DNA of 63,920 nt, counting the filler, from Octopus bimaculoides (Eukaryota), in NCBI RefSeq assembly GCF_001194135.2. It is 6 parts of 6 records of this genome, joined end to end, with 100 filler letters (N's around TTAATTAATTAA, not from the genome) between each part and the next. Parts side by side here need not be neighbours in the genome. Positions count along the whole stretch, not along the records: positions 1 to 23,662 come from NC_069004.1; positions 23,763 to 46,625 come from NC_068998.1; 4 more parts are not named here. One strand, given 5' to 3'. Made by a program: the position numbers and the translations under genes. The notes beneath the pieces are model-generated. The model was not told where the DNA came from, made no database searches, and saw nothing but the letters and a program-made list of their open reading frames with translations. Below, in pieces: positions 11,379 to 23,857 of the stretch (position 1 is the first letter of the stretch; each line of letters starts with the position of its first letter).

Positions 11379-13420
11379 AGTATGTTTTACGTAATGACTC
11401 CCAGTTTTCTCCCTTGACCGTGACACTCTCCAGTCGCCAGTAGCGAACCATGGTAAGTCGTTTCTCATTCGGGAGTCTTTACATGGAATGTTTGGCATGC
11501 TAGAAATAGCAACTAAATCACACTATTAGCACATCCTGCAGCCTTAAAGGCGAAGGGACCCTTTGGACAGTTTAGTCCTAGTTGTATGAAACGGTAAGGA
11601 GGACATGGCTGACAGCTGTCCTACGGTCAAACGATCATAACAAAAATAAACAAGTTGTCAAGGTTGCGTAGGCTTTGCACGGTTGAGTGACTGGCTAAAA
11701 ACAATGGCTAAATCTTTAAATATCACACCTTGCCGTTTAAAAATAATAGGAAAGAACACACTAGGAAATGCCATAAAGGCATGTTTATATAAACACTGTG
11801 GTCACGGTCGGAATAGTCGCTGATTACTTTTCAGGACAGTGTGTGTGTATATATATATATATATNNNNNNNNNNNNNNNNNNNNNNNNNNNNNNNNNNNN
11901 NNNNNNNNNNNNNNNNNNNNNNNNNNNNNNNNNNNNNNNNNNNNNNNNNNNNNNNNNNNNNNNNNNNNNNNNNNNNNNNNNNNNNNNNNNNNNNTATATA
12001 AATTGACAGAATGAGGTAAAAATCCAAGGCTGTAAATAGTTTTGAGAACATTTATAAAGAAAAGGTCTTACAGCTGTTTCCGGGATATTTTATATATATC
12101 ATTTCTTTATAAATGTTCTGAAAACTATTTACAGCCTTGGATTTTTTTCTTATCCCATTTTGTCACTTTATATATCTACATGCTTAATACATGACCCACG
12201 TTGGAGTTCTCATTCGTATCATGATCGAACCTGGAGCTTAACCATGGTCTATCCATAACACTTAGCATTATCTAGTACCTTTTGAGTCTTCTTGTCACCA
12301 ATACCTCTCATACCCTCTCTATATACATACATATATATATACATATATATATATATATTCTTTCGCTTGTATGGCATAATAGGCAAAACACGCATACACA
12401 CATATATATACATGCATACACTCGCGTACGTGCGCGTAATATATATAAACTGATAATATATGCTCAATATAATATAATATATATTCACATACAAATTGAA
12501 CTGGCGAAGGAGCCTGTAAGCGGTCGTTCAGTGTGTTAGAAATAGCAGCTAAATTTCCCCTGAATCAATTCCAGACTACCGCATAAAAAAAGGGGTAAGA
12601 TATCGTTTTAAATACTCCTAAAAACACGGAATTGTTACCGTTGGATTTTTCCTTAGTTACAGTTCTGTTCAGTCGTGGCTGACTGGGTCTAAACATCAAC
12701 AACAATAAACGAGAGAGCGTCTATGTGGTCGTCCGTCCTGCTAGAAATACCAGCCGGATCTTCCGTTCTGTCTTAAATCCTAGATACACTATTTCAAAGA
12801 GAAACAAAAAAATGGGGGAGGAGAGAAAAAAAAGCAAGCCAACGGGGTGGTCAAACTTGGCAAATATTTGATAACAGGGTCTACTCAATGGTAGTTGACT
12901 GGAGGTTGAGCGACAACTGAAGGTACCGTATTTAGCATAGATTATGCATTTTTTTACTAGACAAAAACAACCCAAAAAAATCACCTTGGGTCCTGTATGA
13001 AAACTCGGGCCTCCCATCAACTAATTTTATCCCGAACGCTTACTAATTTAAGCTAATTTTTAATCCAGAGTCTCTTCTACCAAACCTGACTAATAATAAG
13101 AATAATAATATTTTTACTGAATGTTACTACTATTACTTATACTGTAAAAAGGAATTATCGGACCAGCTTTAAATATTGTTTTAATGCCCCCAAAAACTCT
13201 CTATTGCATATGTGCTGCTGGAATTGGGGTGTGTTTAATACAAGGTTGCCATATGTTTGTATTTTTCGTGACGTCCTAAATTTAGGCGTCAAAAATTGTG
13301 TCAAGGAAGCATTTAAAAAAAATTTTTCCAATTGTCCGGAATTTCGGTTTTCGTCCCTTAAAAAATTATATGCATTTCAAGTGCGTTCTTTCCGATTATT
13401 CCTAAATAATAAGGTTTGGT

Positions 13421-13824
13421 GGTAATCTTCCAGTTTCGAGAGGTTAAAAAAGTAAATAAAATACAAGGGAAATAACTGAACGTCTTACCAGTATTATCCG
13501 TACTACTTTGTTTATAAATAAATCACGTGATTTGATTGACGTTAACTGTTTATATATAAATCACACACGTGATTGAATATCATAGTTTCTTATGAGAGAT
13601 CGAAAATGCCTCGTGGAAGACCGGCTGCACAACATCTTATTGTTGCTGAAAACGAAATCCTCACTCGTGAATTAATATTAGAAGAAAAAAAACATTTAAA
13701 ACTTTTATAAAAAAAAATTCCGTCGCATGCTGTTTTAGAGAAAAAGTAGTACGGATAATACTGGTAAGTCGTTCAGTTATTTCCCTTGAATATTTCTTTT
13801 ACCTCTCGAAACTGGAAGATTACC
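13421..13824. mobile_element. Mutator (MULE)-type MITE, 404 bp, with ~90-bp TIRs and a 9-bp TSD
   Basis: TIR ggtaatcttccagtttcgagagg...ccagtattatccgtactacttt is inverted at ~13741-13824. Exact TSD AGGTTTGGT at 13412-13420 and 13825-13833. Confidence 0.88.
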
Positions 13825-14416
13825 AGGTTTGGTTTGGTGGTTTTGTGAGGCGGAGGCTATCAGGTGTTGTCACGCATCGTTGGAGATAATGCGTTTTTGC
13901 GTTGTTTTAGCCTTCAAATAACGCCATCCCGCTGGCTCGACGAGTAGGCGGCCAACATCCTGACTGAACAAAATTAAATTCAAACACATTCCACCTGTGA
14001 CCTAAACAGGTCACTCAGCCTACTGAAAAAAGGCAGCCAAATCATCTTAATGTCTTAAAAATGGAAGGTCACTTTGAAGAACGTAGCCATGAATATTCAG
14101 AGGAGGTGGCCACCACTGATATACTTGATGGTGCTAAACAAAACACCAGTGCTCCACTCTACCCGCGTACACAGCTTTTTGTGACAAATTTTCACTTGAG
14201 TTACACTCCACTGTACACTCATACTCAAATGAGTATGATGATAGAGAGAACAAGTATGTCTTTAAATCTTTCTCTTTCTCTCTTCCTTCTCCCTCCCCCA
14301 CCTACTCACACTCTCCCTCTTTCTCTCCCCCCTACTGTTTCCTTTCTTACAACAACAACATGAACAACATTGCTTCATCACATCCAAACCTCCTTTTTCC
14401 AATTCTTGTGCTGCAG

Positions 14417-14602
14417 GATGTATCTCTGTCGGATAAATCTGTCTCGAAGGTCCCTGGCCATGCTGAGCGCCTCTCGCCCAAAGAAGTTGTTGAGATCAAT
14501 GACCCCGCAAGACGGATCAGTGAGGAAGAAGCACGGAAACTAGACGAGGAATGTGTCAGCAGATTCTTGAAGTTTGATGCCAAACATATTACGGATGGCC
14601 AG
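14417..14602 (+). CDS. OXR1: OXR1/NCOA7-like exon DVSLSDKSVSKVPGHAERLSPKEVVEINDPARRISEEEARKLDEECVSRFLKFDAKHITDGQ
   Basis: ctgcag| ... CAG|gtaggg. 186 nt, phase 0-0. The 'PGHAER' and 'EC..RFLK...HITDGQ' motifs are typical of OXR1/mustard upstream of the GRAM-like block. Confidence 0.93.
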
Positions 14603-14694
14603 GTAGGGTGATTACCGTTTCCTTGTTTGTGTTTGTATTTCTGATAATGAGTATACTGAGTATGTGTGTACATTTACAAATATATCATCATCAT

Positions 14695-14947
14695 CACCAT
14701 CGTTTAACGTCCGCTTTCCATGCTAGCATGGGTTGGACGATTTGACTGAGGACTGGTGAAACCGGATGGCTACACCAGGCTCCAATCTGATTTGGCAGAG
14801 TTTCTACAGCTGGATGCCCTTCCTAACGCCAACCACTCAGAGAGTGTAGTGGGTGCTTTTACGTGTCACCCGCACGAAAACGGCCACGCTCGAAATGGTG
14901 TCTTTTATGTGCCACCCGCACAAGAGCCAGTCCAGGGGCACTGGCAA

Positions 14948-14950
<3 letters not shown>
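14695..14950 (+). mobile_element. SINE or non-autonomous retroelement family D (RTE-associated 'ggatgcccttcctaacgccaacc' type)
   Basis: Characteristic tttaacgtccgctttccatgctagcatggg...ctacagctggatgcccttcctaacgccaaccac. Reverse partial copy at ~1540-1610. Confidence 0.7.
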
Positions 14951-15024
<74 letters not shown>

Positions 15025-15481
15025 CACACATATATACATGCACATACATACACACATGCACATACACATATATATGCAAACACACACATATATACACATA
15101 CACACATGCACACACATATATACACAAACATGCTTATAGAAATATGCAATGCATGTGTATATATATGTTTTTGTATGTGTGTATACATATATATGTGTGT
15201 TTGTGTATGTGTTCAGGGAAATCTAGGAAAGTGGGGTCCCTCAATTATCCCTAGAGGTCCTGCTGTATCACGAGGGCTACATCTCGACCCTTACCCCCAC
15301 CTTTTTTCTTTTTAAACCTTTGTATACTATGTATTTGTCCCTTCTTTCTCTGAGTATACTGTGTATCCTTAACCCTTTTTCTCTTTTTTTTTATATCGTT
15401 TCATTATATGTAAACCCCCCCACACTTTATGTCTGTCTTTGTATTGTTCCCCTCATCCTTTGCCCTTATGGCAAATAAATG

Positions 15482-15554
<73 letters not shown>

Positions 15555-15572
15555 GACTATTTTGCTCCTCAG

Positions 15573-15751
15573 GGTGTTGTAAATGGTACCCTTATAGTGA
15601 CACCAAATGCCATCATGTTTGACCCCAGTGTCCATGATCCTCTAGTCATTGAACATGGAAACGACAAATATGGTATGGTTGCAGCCATGGAGACCATCAT
15701 CAGTGCTGCCATCTACAGAGACCTGAAGACCATGAAAATAAAAGGCCAAGT
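15573..15751 (+). CDS. OXR1: OXR1/NCOA7-like exon, GRAM-like block GVVNGTLIVTPNAIMFDPSVHDPLVIEHGNDKYGMVAAMETIISAAIYRDLKTMKIKGQ(V)
   Basis: ttgctcctcag| ... AGT|gtaagt. 179 nt, phase 0 to 2. The GxVxGxLxVTPNxIMFDP...DPLVxExG..YG...ME...SAAxY motif is diagnostic of OXR1/NCOA7. This exon was missed by the ORF track. Confidence 0.95.
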
Positions 15752-16059
15752 GTAAGTACCACATACATCAACCTTCTGTTATGTAAGTACCCCACTAACA
15801 AGTACCCTGCCTACAATACGCTATTATATAAATACCACATAAACCAACATTAATTCTACAACACATCGTTACATGAGTACCTACTGTCTACAAGGCGGTT
15901 GTATAAGTACCATATACACCAACATTCAGTCTACAATGCTATTATGTAAGTACCCCATGTACCATCCTTCTGTTTACAACACATTACACTTCATTATAGA
16001 GTGGTTTCCTCCATACACATCGCATGCCATTACCAGTACAGTTTCCCCATGACTAATTT

Positions 16060-16990
16060 GTGAGAAATGTCACTCATGCAAAAACTTGTATTATACATCC
16101 AAGCTCAGATGTTTACTTCATTTCTTGTTAATATTTTGCAAATTCTCTGTATTCAAGGCCCACATCTCATTATCCTGCAACATCATGTCCTGGACAGTCT
16201 GCCCTTCAGTCTGAGGGAAAAGCCCTTTGTTGCCAGCAGAGGTAATGTTTCCCTGAATTTTTGCCAACCAGCTCCTACTCTGGCTACTATGCTTTTTGAA
16301 CAACCACTCCTTACTGCTTATTGGGTACCCTAGGTAACAGAAGCTATCAACTACCTCTAGAGAGCCACCTGGACATTGAAGAGTCTATTTTGCTTGTGTT
16401 CTTTATAACTTATTGTCCCAGTGTACCTTCTGCATGCAAAGTCTTCCTCCACTTTGATCCTTTTATATCTCAGGTTTGTCTATATTTCACACTGGGCACA
16501 CTATATGAAATTCTTACCTCCTCCTTTTCGTTACATTGAGCATGGCCATTTCCTTCAAGGTATCATGATCCTGTCTTTTTTCCTATTGTCTAATACTTTA
16601 GTCTTTGCTAAATTCACTTTGAAGCCTCTCGATTCTCGATTTTGCTTCCATGTGTGGAATTTCTTTTTCAATTCTTCTATCAATTTACCTACAAGAGTTC
16701 GCACAGACAATAAGTTTTCAACTCTTTTGTTATGGCTTGGACGTCTATAATGATCAGAAGCAGCTTGAGCTCTGAGACCTAATGCATTCTTATTTCTATT
16801 CTCAATTCATCACTGTACTCACTACTCTCACCTCATTCACTGTATTTACATACATGGCTTGTACAGCTGTCACAAACCATTTGTCTCCTTCAAGCTTCCT
16901 CAGTGACCACCAGACTTCAGAACATGAAACCCTGTCAAATGCATTTTAGGGACACATAAACATCAGATAGAGGGAATTATGCCTGGCTAG
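16060..16990 (-). mobile_element. RTE-clade LINE reverse-transcriptase fragment, decayed
   Basis: Minus-strand blocks KFHTWKQNRESRGFKVNLAKTKVL, SLEVVDSFCYLG and LLATKGFSLRLKGRL...WALNTE are RT domains 6-7 and thumb. The YADD motif is lost. Confidence 0.8.
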
Positions 16991-17124
16991 GTGTTTCTCC
17001 AGCAGTCTCGTTAGAAATATGGCATCAGTGGTTACTTTCTGGTACAAAATCAAACTTAATCAAGTGGGCTATAGCTCTTTCTCTAACTTTCATAGCCTGG
17101 TTTTAAAACTATTGATACCTTCTG

Positions 17125-17284
<160 letters not shown>

Positions 17285-17569
17285 CTTTGTAGCAATTGCT
17301 GTTGTTGTTCATGATGGTGGTAGTGATTGTATGCTAGTCATTGGATATGACAATACGATACCCTCCTATTCAATCTGATTGACAGCGATAATGGGTTTCA
17401 GTAAATCATCTTGAAAATTATCACCATTGCTGTTATGGGATCCTTTGATCAAAGTTACACTCAGTGTGATGTTTCTGTAACCCACTTGAGGTTCTGCACG
17501 TAATTTTGTAGACACTTGTTTCTTATCAGCAGAGGGTGTTTGTTATAAAACAGCCACATGAGCTGAATA

Positions 17570-18505
17570 TATTGGGTGATTCCATAATTAATGCGGTTTT
17601 TCTATATTTCTTTTATTTTTACAAAATTAAGATAAACAAAGTTCTATATTTAAGAGATGAGGAATTATGTACATTATTTACATTAGATGGTTGTTTTTCT
17701 TCTCGTGCTGACTTAAGTTACTCGCAGTAGATCTCCTTTGTTACCGTTTGGTTTGGGTTTTAAAATTCAAAGTGGACTAAACCTTTCATATCCCACCAAA
17801 CAGATAACAGCACCTTACATGGGTGAAGACCTTCTTTTGCCTGGAGTGCCACTGTTTCTCCTTTCCCTACCCACTGTCTTCAGCGCTTGACATTTTTATA
17901 GAGAACCCATTTCTCATCACCAGTCATTATTTGCTCCCAAAAAGGTTCATTCATGCAAAGAAGAGTGCACATTCACTTTCTGTGCATGATTAAACTTGGA
18001 AAGTTTGTGAGGAACCCATTGACCCAATTTGCTGACTTTTCCAATGGCACACAGGTGTTGATGAATCGTTGAATGACCAAATCTAAGTTCCTCTGCTAGT
18101 GCAACACTTACAATGGGATTTTGTTCCGCCAAGGTTTTCAGGATGTCCTTATCGAGCTCTACAGATCTTCCAGGATGAGGCTTGTCTTCTAGGCTGTAGT
18201 TTCCGGCTTGGAATTTCTGGAACCACCATTGACACAGGCTTACACTTATTGTCTGATCCCCATATACTGCATTAATATTCCTCGCACTTTCCGTTGCGTT
18301 GTTGCCTTTATTGAACTCATAAAGCAAAATATGCTGAATATGCTCCTTTGTCACTTCCATTATAGCTTCGAAAAAATAACTGTTAAAATTGAACTGCACT
18401 CTTCAAAACTTGCACTAAGAATAAGGACAAGGTAAAATTACTACTTGCTTTTATAGCAAGTTGATGCAATTGAAAAAACTGCATTATTTATGGGATGACC
18501 CAATA
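17570..18505 (-). mobile_element. Mariner element with both TIRs and an internally deleted, inactivated transposase
   Basis: TIR TATTGGGTGATTCCATAATTAATGCGGTTTTT and its inverse at ~18474-18505, with TA on both sides. Encodes an HTH N-terminus (MEVTKEHIQHILLYEF...), WVPHKL, TGDEKW and LHPCKVLLSVWWD. The D34D C-terminal half is missing. Confidence 0.92.
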
Positions 18506-19144
18506 TATAACCACATTATTGATAATTCAAGTTTCTATTGTAAATAACTTGTATGCATGATTATGAAGAGTTGAATTTCAATTTATGTCAAATGACACCT
18601 CCTAAATCAATAGCTGCATATATTAATGCATGATGTAGTAGTACTCATGGGGGTGACTTTTGATGAAACAATTGTTAATTGATGTAATAAAAGGTCTTGC
18701 TTACTCCATTCTCCTTGGGTATATTTGTAGAAACTCTGCAGATATTTGTGGATTTTCAGGCATGTGTTTAACCCTTTCATTACAGTATTTATTTCAAGAT
18801 GCTCTGTGTTTCTCTCAGTTACTTTAAATATAAACAAAGAATTTAGTAAAATAACTCGGTTATCATGAAGCTAGTGTTGGGAATATAAATTTTGACAAAG
18901 GTTTGGTGGAAGATTTTAATTCGAAACTTATGAAAACAAGACTCAGAGCCAAAGCTGGTTTCAGCTGGGTTGGTTACCAAAAGGGTTAATATGTAATACA
19001 AATATTCTTTTCTACTCTATGCACAAGCCCGAAATTTTTGTTGTAGTGGGGGCCATTCAATTAGATCGATCCCAGTACACAACTGGTAATTAATTTATCA
19101 ACTACGTTCTTCCTTGGATTTTACTTTTACATATAATTCATCAT

Positions 19145-19183
<39 letters not shown>

Positions 19184-19387
19184 TTATGAGCGATAGTGGT
19201 GTCAATTAGATCCAAGGGTTTCAGGTAATGCTGAGTAAGTGCTATGGATAGACATTCTATTTATAAATGTTCTATATTATACACAGCCTTGGTTTTTTTA
19301 TCTCATTATGAAAAGTAAATCCTTATATATNNNNNNNNNNNNNNNNNNNNNNNNNNNNNNNNNNNNNNNNNNNNNNNNNNNNNNNNN

Positions 19388-19428
<41 letters not shown>

Positions 19429-19935
19429 TAGAGCTCAAAATCGATGCATTGAAGATACTTTATTGCAGCAACAATTACAATAGCAGTAACAAACTGTTGT
19501 GTCTGGGGAGAGTCATTCTCTTTTCGTGCCTTACTATCTAACACACTCACTGGTTTAGTTTCCACTCATTTACTTATTTTTTCTAAAATTTCCTTTGTGT
19601 TTTTCAACTTTTCAATAGTTGTTGACCATACACACACGTGTGCACATGCACATCTATGTGTATATATTTTCTTTTGGTTTCAGCTTCAGGTCGTGGCCAT
19701 GCTGGGGTACTACCATTAAACTAAAGGTTTTGCTCACAGCATCCAAGTGGTCACCTACCTAAGAAGTACTGACTGTATTCAACATTGCCTACTTCAGTGA
19801 CTGGATGAAAACCAGAGTTTTCAAATACACACATACACACACACACGCACACACATTTATTTATAAACATACATATACATAATTGTGAAGCACTTTAAGA
19901 TGTTTTTGTTGTTACATTGTTTGTGTTTGTTGCAG

Positions 19936-20555
19936 AGATTCTGAAAACTCTGAAGTACCAAAGGCTGAGGTGTATTGTGGCCAGGGCCACTTCAAGTTTG
20001 CTTCCAGCAAACAAGAAAATGAATCAGACTACTTAGAGACCTCCAACAAACTGGTGAAGATAATGCAGGCCGTTCAGTCGAGCCAGTGTGACAGCAAAGA
20101 ACAACAACAACAACCACAGCAAACAACAGCAGTGACAACAACAACAACAGCAACAACAACAACGACAACACCTACAATTCCACCAACAGCAGATAACGTC
20201 ATGAAACAGGGCGTCGGCAATGGAACACTCCCAGGAACAGAAGACAAGACGATGGAGCGATTGCCGAATGTGGAGGGGAACCTGAACAGACTCTCATTGG
20301 AGACAGCAGACCACCAGAGCAACGGCATTGGTAGGGATGCGAGTGATGGTCTCCCTGAGCATCCAACAGATGCCACCGTAAAACAGGCAGAAATGCAAAA
20401 TGACCAAGTTGAAGAATCCAATAAGGACCTCCTCCACCACAGACCGTCATCATCACCGTCAGCAGCATCAGAAGCACCACTGGTGTTGCAACCACCAAGG
20501 AAACCCCACAAAATCGTTACCGATGCGACGGATGGAACGGAAGTTGATAACGAAG
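19936..20555 (+). CDS. OXR1: OXR1/NCOA7-like large linker exon (V)DSENSEVPKAEVYCGQGHFKF...DGTEVDNE, containing a polyQ/polyT tract
   Basis: tgtttgttgcag| ... GAAG|gttagt. 620 nt, phase 2 to 1, in frame with ORF 19970-20560. Higher GC than the flanks. Confidence 0.85.
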
Positions 20556-20752
20556 GTTAGTCATTGCTTTCCGTAGTCTTCTAACTCTTGGTTAAATGTT
20601 ACAGAAACGGTTTTGCTGCTGTTTAACCCAAGGTCAATACTGATCTAATGGACCTGTGATTGACAATTCTTTCAGTATCTTCTTTACACTCCTTCCCCCA
20701 CAACCCCCACCCCACCCACCTTTTTTTGTAATACAGGACCACATTGTCCAAA

Positions 20753-21020
20753 GTGGAGATGCGTGGCTTAGTGGTTAGGGGTGTTGGACTCATGATCGTA
20801 ATATTGTGGTTTCAATTCCTGGACCGGGCGACGCATTGTGTTCTTGAGCAAAACACTTCATTTCATGTTGCTGCAGTCCACTCAGCTGACAAAAATGAGT
20901 AATCCTGCAAAGCGTTTTGAGTAAATTTGGTAGACGGAAACTGAAAGAAGCCCGCCGATTTACTAAACCCTTTGTAGCAGTGTCCCAATATAGCTGCAGT
21001 CTAATGCTGGAAATAAAAAG
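20753..21020 (+). mobile_element. tRNA-headed SINE: family C head plus a family B-like tail
   Basis: gtggcttagtggttagg A-box, ggtttcaattcc B-box, ttgtgttcttgagcaaaacac segment, then 'gtagacggaaactgaaagaagcccg'. Confidence 0.75.
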
Positions 21021-21271
21021 AGAATGTGTGCACCTGTATGTGCATGTGTGTGTGCATGTCTTAGTCAAAGTGTATTCGTGAAGTATGTAAACATCAAGGT
21101 GACCAATAATGGAAAGTTCTTTCTGGTCACTTTACCAAATCAGCGAAGAATGCCCCCAAATTCTCTCCCACTCTTTGCAAAGGTACAAGACTGTTAAAAA
21201 AATGTAATATAAAAGAAAGAAGAAAAAAACAACAGAAACTCTGTTTTTAATTGTTTTCTCTTGTTTTTCAG

Positions 21272-21664
21272 CAGACTCTAATGTAGATAACCAAACAAGC
21301 AAAGAGACTCCAGAATTAAACTCTACATCAGCACAACCAAAGCTCTCACCAAAAGACCCCACAATCACCTCCTCTATGATGGAAGGGTCGCCCAAACTGA
21401 AAGCTATCTACGACTATGCTGCTGGCTTTTTCCAGAGTTCCGGTTCAGCAGCAGAGAAGACAATGCCTGGCCCAGAGGGCACACCAGAATGGCCGACACC
21501 GTCGACAGGTGTCCCCTCACAGCAGGGAAGTGACAATTTATCTACGAGCCCGACAAGCCCAAGAACCCCAGGTGTCGAATACACGACCAAAAGAGGCACT
21601 CGGGTGCGGGTGGTGTCAGCGGTCACGATGGAGGACACACCAAATTTATTCCAACCAGTAACGA
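21272..21664 (+). CDS. OXR1: OXR1/NCOA7-like linker exon (A)DSNVDNQTSKETPELN...MEDTPNLFQPVT; last recognisable exon in the window
   Basis: ttgtttttcag|cag acceptor (NAGNAG) and donor ACGA|gtgagt. Phase 1-1, in frame with ORF 21376-21693. Confidence 0.82.
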
Positions 21665-22074
21665 GTGAGTATTTCTACAGGCTTCCCTCTTGATTGACTT
21701 CATAACGAAAAGAACACTGTCATCGTCATCATCATCAACTGAACACTTGCCTCTAGCACAAGGACAGGCATGCCACATATCTATTCTTTCATCGATGGCT
21801 TAAGCACATGGGCAGCTAATGCCACACTCTTCTTTATCTTCTTAATCAGGGTCTTGACCATGGCTTTTGACTAATGCCCATTGTTCATCTCTCATTCATC
21901 AGTTTCCAGATAAATTTGATGACTGGCAACTGCAAGCAACCAGCCTCCCGTTATTCTGTTGATCAACTGTTTGCGGTCACTATAGAATATCTTATTGGTC
22001 ATTCCTTGGATCCAGTTGAGACTGAAAGCCATGAAGAGCATGAGTGCAGCAACCATCAGTTTGAATGTGGGTTT

Positions 22075-22428
22075 CACAGTTAATTCACAGTGGACTCGCG
22101 ATCGTGGGATCGCGGTTTCGATTTCCAGACTGGGCTTTGTGAGTGTTTATTGAGCGAAAACACGAAGCTCCAGCAGGGTTGTGATGGCAAACCCTGCTGT
22201 ACTCTTTCACCACAACTTTCTCTCACTCTTTCTTCCTGTTTCTGTTGTACCTGTATCTCAAAGGGGACAGCCTTGTCACACTCTGTGTCACGCTGAATCT
22301 CCCCGAGAACTACATTAAGGGTACACGTGTCTGTGGAGTGCTCAGCCACTTGCACGTTAATTTAATGAGTAGGTTGTTCCATTGATCGGATCAACTGGAA
22401 CCTTCATCGCCATAACCGACTGAGTGCC
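22075..22428 (+). mobile_element. SINE family C
   Basis: Aligns with the 11095 and 58645 copies. Confidence 0.8.
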
Positions 22429-23662
22429 NNNNNNNNNNNNNNNNNNNNNNNNNNNNNNNNNNNNNNNNNNNNNNNNNNNNNNNNNNNNNNNNNNNNNNNN
22501 NNNNNNNNNNNNNNNNNNNNNNNNNNNNNNNNNNNNNNNNNNNNNNNNNNNNNNNNNNNNNNNNNNNNNNNNNNNNNNNNNNNNNNNNNNNNNNNNNNNN
22601 NNNNNNNNNNNNNNNNNNNNNNNNNNNNNNNNNNNNNNNNNNNNNNNNNNNNNNNNNNNNNNNNNNNNNNNNNNNNNNNNNNNNNNNNNNNNNNNNNNNN
22701 NNNNNNNNNNNNNNNNNNNNNNNNNNNNNNNNNNNNNNNNNNNNNNNNNNNNNNNNNNNNNNNNNNNNNNNNNNNNNNNNNNNNNNNNNNNNNNNNNNNN
22801 NNNNNNNNNNNNNNNNNNNNNNNNNNNNNNNNNNNNNNNNNNNNNNNNNNNNNNNNNNNNNNNNNNNNNNNNNNNNNNNNNNNNNNNNNNNNNNNNNNNN
22901 NNNNNNNNNNNNNNNNNNNNNNNNNNNNNNNNNNNNNNNNNNNNNNNNNNNNNNNNNNNNNNNNNNNNNNNNNNNNNNNNNNNNNNNNNNNNNNNNNNNN
23001 NNNNNNNNNNNNNNNNNNNNNNNNNNNNNNNNNNNNNNNNNNNNNNNNNNNNNNNNNNNNNNNNNNNNNNNNNNNNNNNNNNNNNNNNNNNNNNNNNNNN
23101 NNNNNNNNNNNNNNNNNNNNNNTATATATATATATGTGTGTGTGTATATATATATATATACACACACACACATATATAGATACTTGACTGTAATTAACAA
23201 TGTTACATTTGATATGTCTTCATTCATTTATATATGTCTTTATTATTTTCTTTCTCTCACGATCACTCTCTTTTGCTGCACCAGAGGATGATGGTTAGTA
23301 TGACACTATACGTAACTTTCAACAACACTTTCTCTGTAGTTGTGCACATCTGGGCTCTTTACTAATTGCTGTAGCTTTTATCAATGGCGCCTCTCTTAGA
23401 CATTTCAATATTCTGTGGCCGTTAGTTCTCATTCCCCCCTTTCCTTTACTTATACTGTCTTTCTTTTGCATAATACCTGTATGTAGTTGCAATTCTAATA
23501 TCTCTCTGTCTGTCTCTCTCTCTCTCTCTGTAAGTCATTTACTCTGTTCCTCTTAGTCTTTCTGTCCCTCCCTTTTCACCCTCACTCTCCAAATACAAAT
23601 AAATATTTGTCACTCCATGACACTACTGTCTACTCTCTCTCATATATATATATATATACATA

Positions 23663-23762
23663 NNNNNNNNNNNNNNNNNNNNNNNNNNNNNNNNNNNNNN
23701 NNNNNNTTAATTAATTAANNNNNNNNNNNNNNNNNNNNNNNNNNNNNNNNNNNNNNNNNNNN
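23663..23762. other. Artificial scaffold linker N44-TTAATTAATTAA-N44 (also at 46626-46725, 50603-50702, 57008-57107, 62427-62526)
   Basis: Five identical 100-bp constructs. TTAATTAATTAA is palindromic with stops in all six frames. Confidence 0.95.

Positions 23763-23857
<95 letters not shown>

Noticed and set aside
20074-20511. Antisense ORFs over the large OXR1 exon
   Set aside because: Shadow frames of a GC-richer coding exon.
23285-23300. Acceptor-like 'ttttgctgcaccag|' after exon 21664
   Set aside because: The in-phase reading stops after about four codons and nothing else supports a terminal exon.
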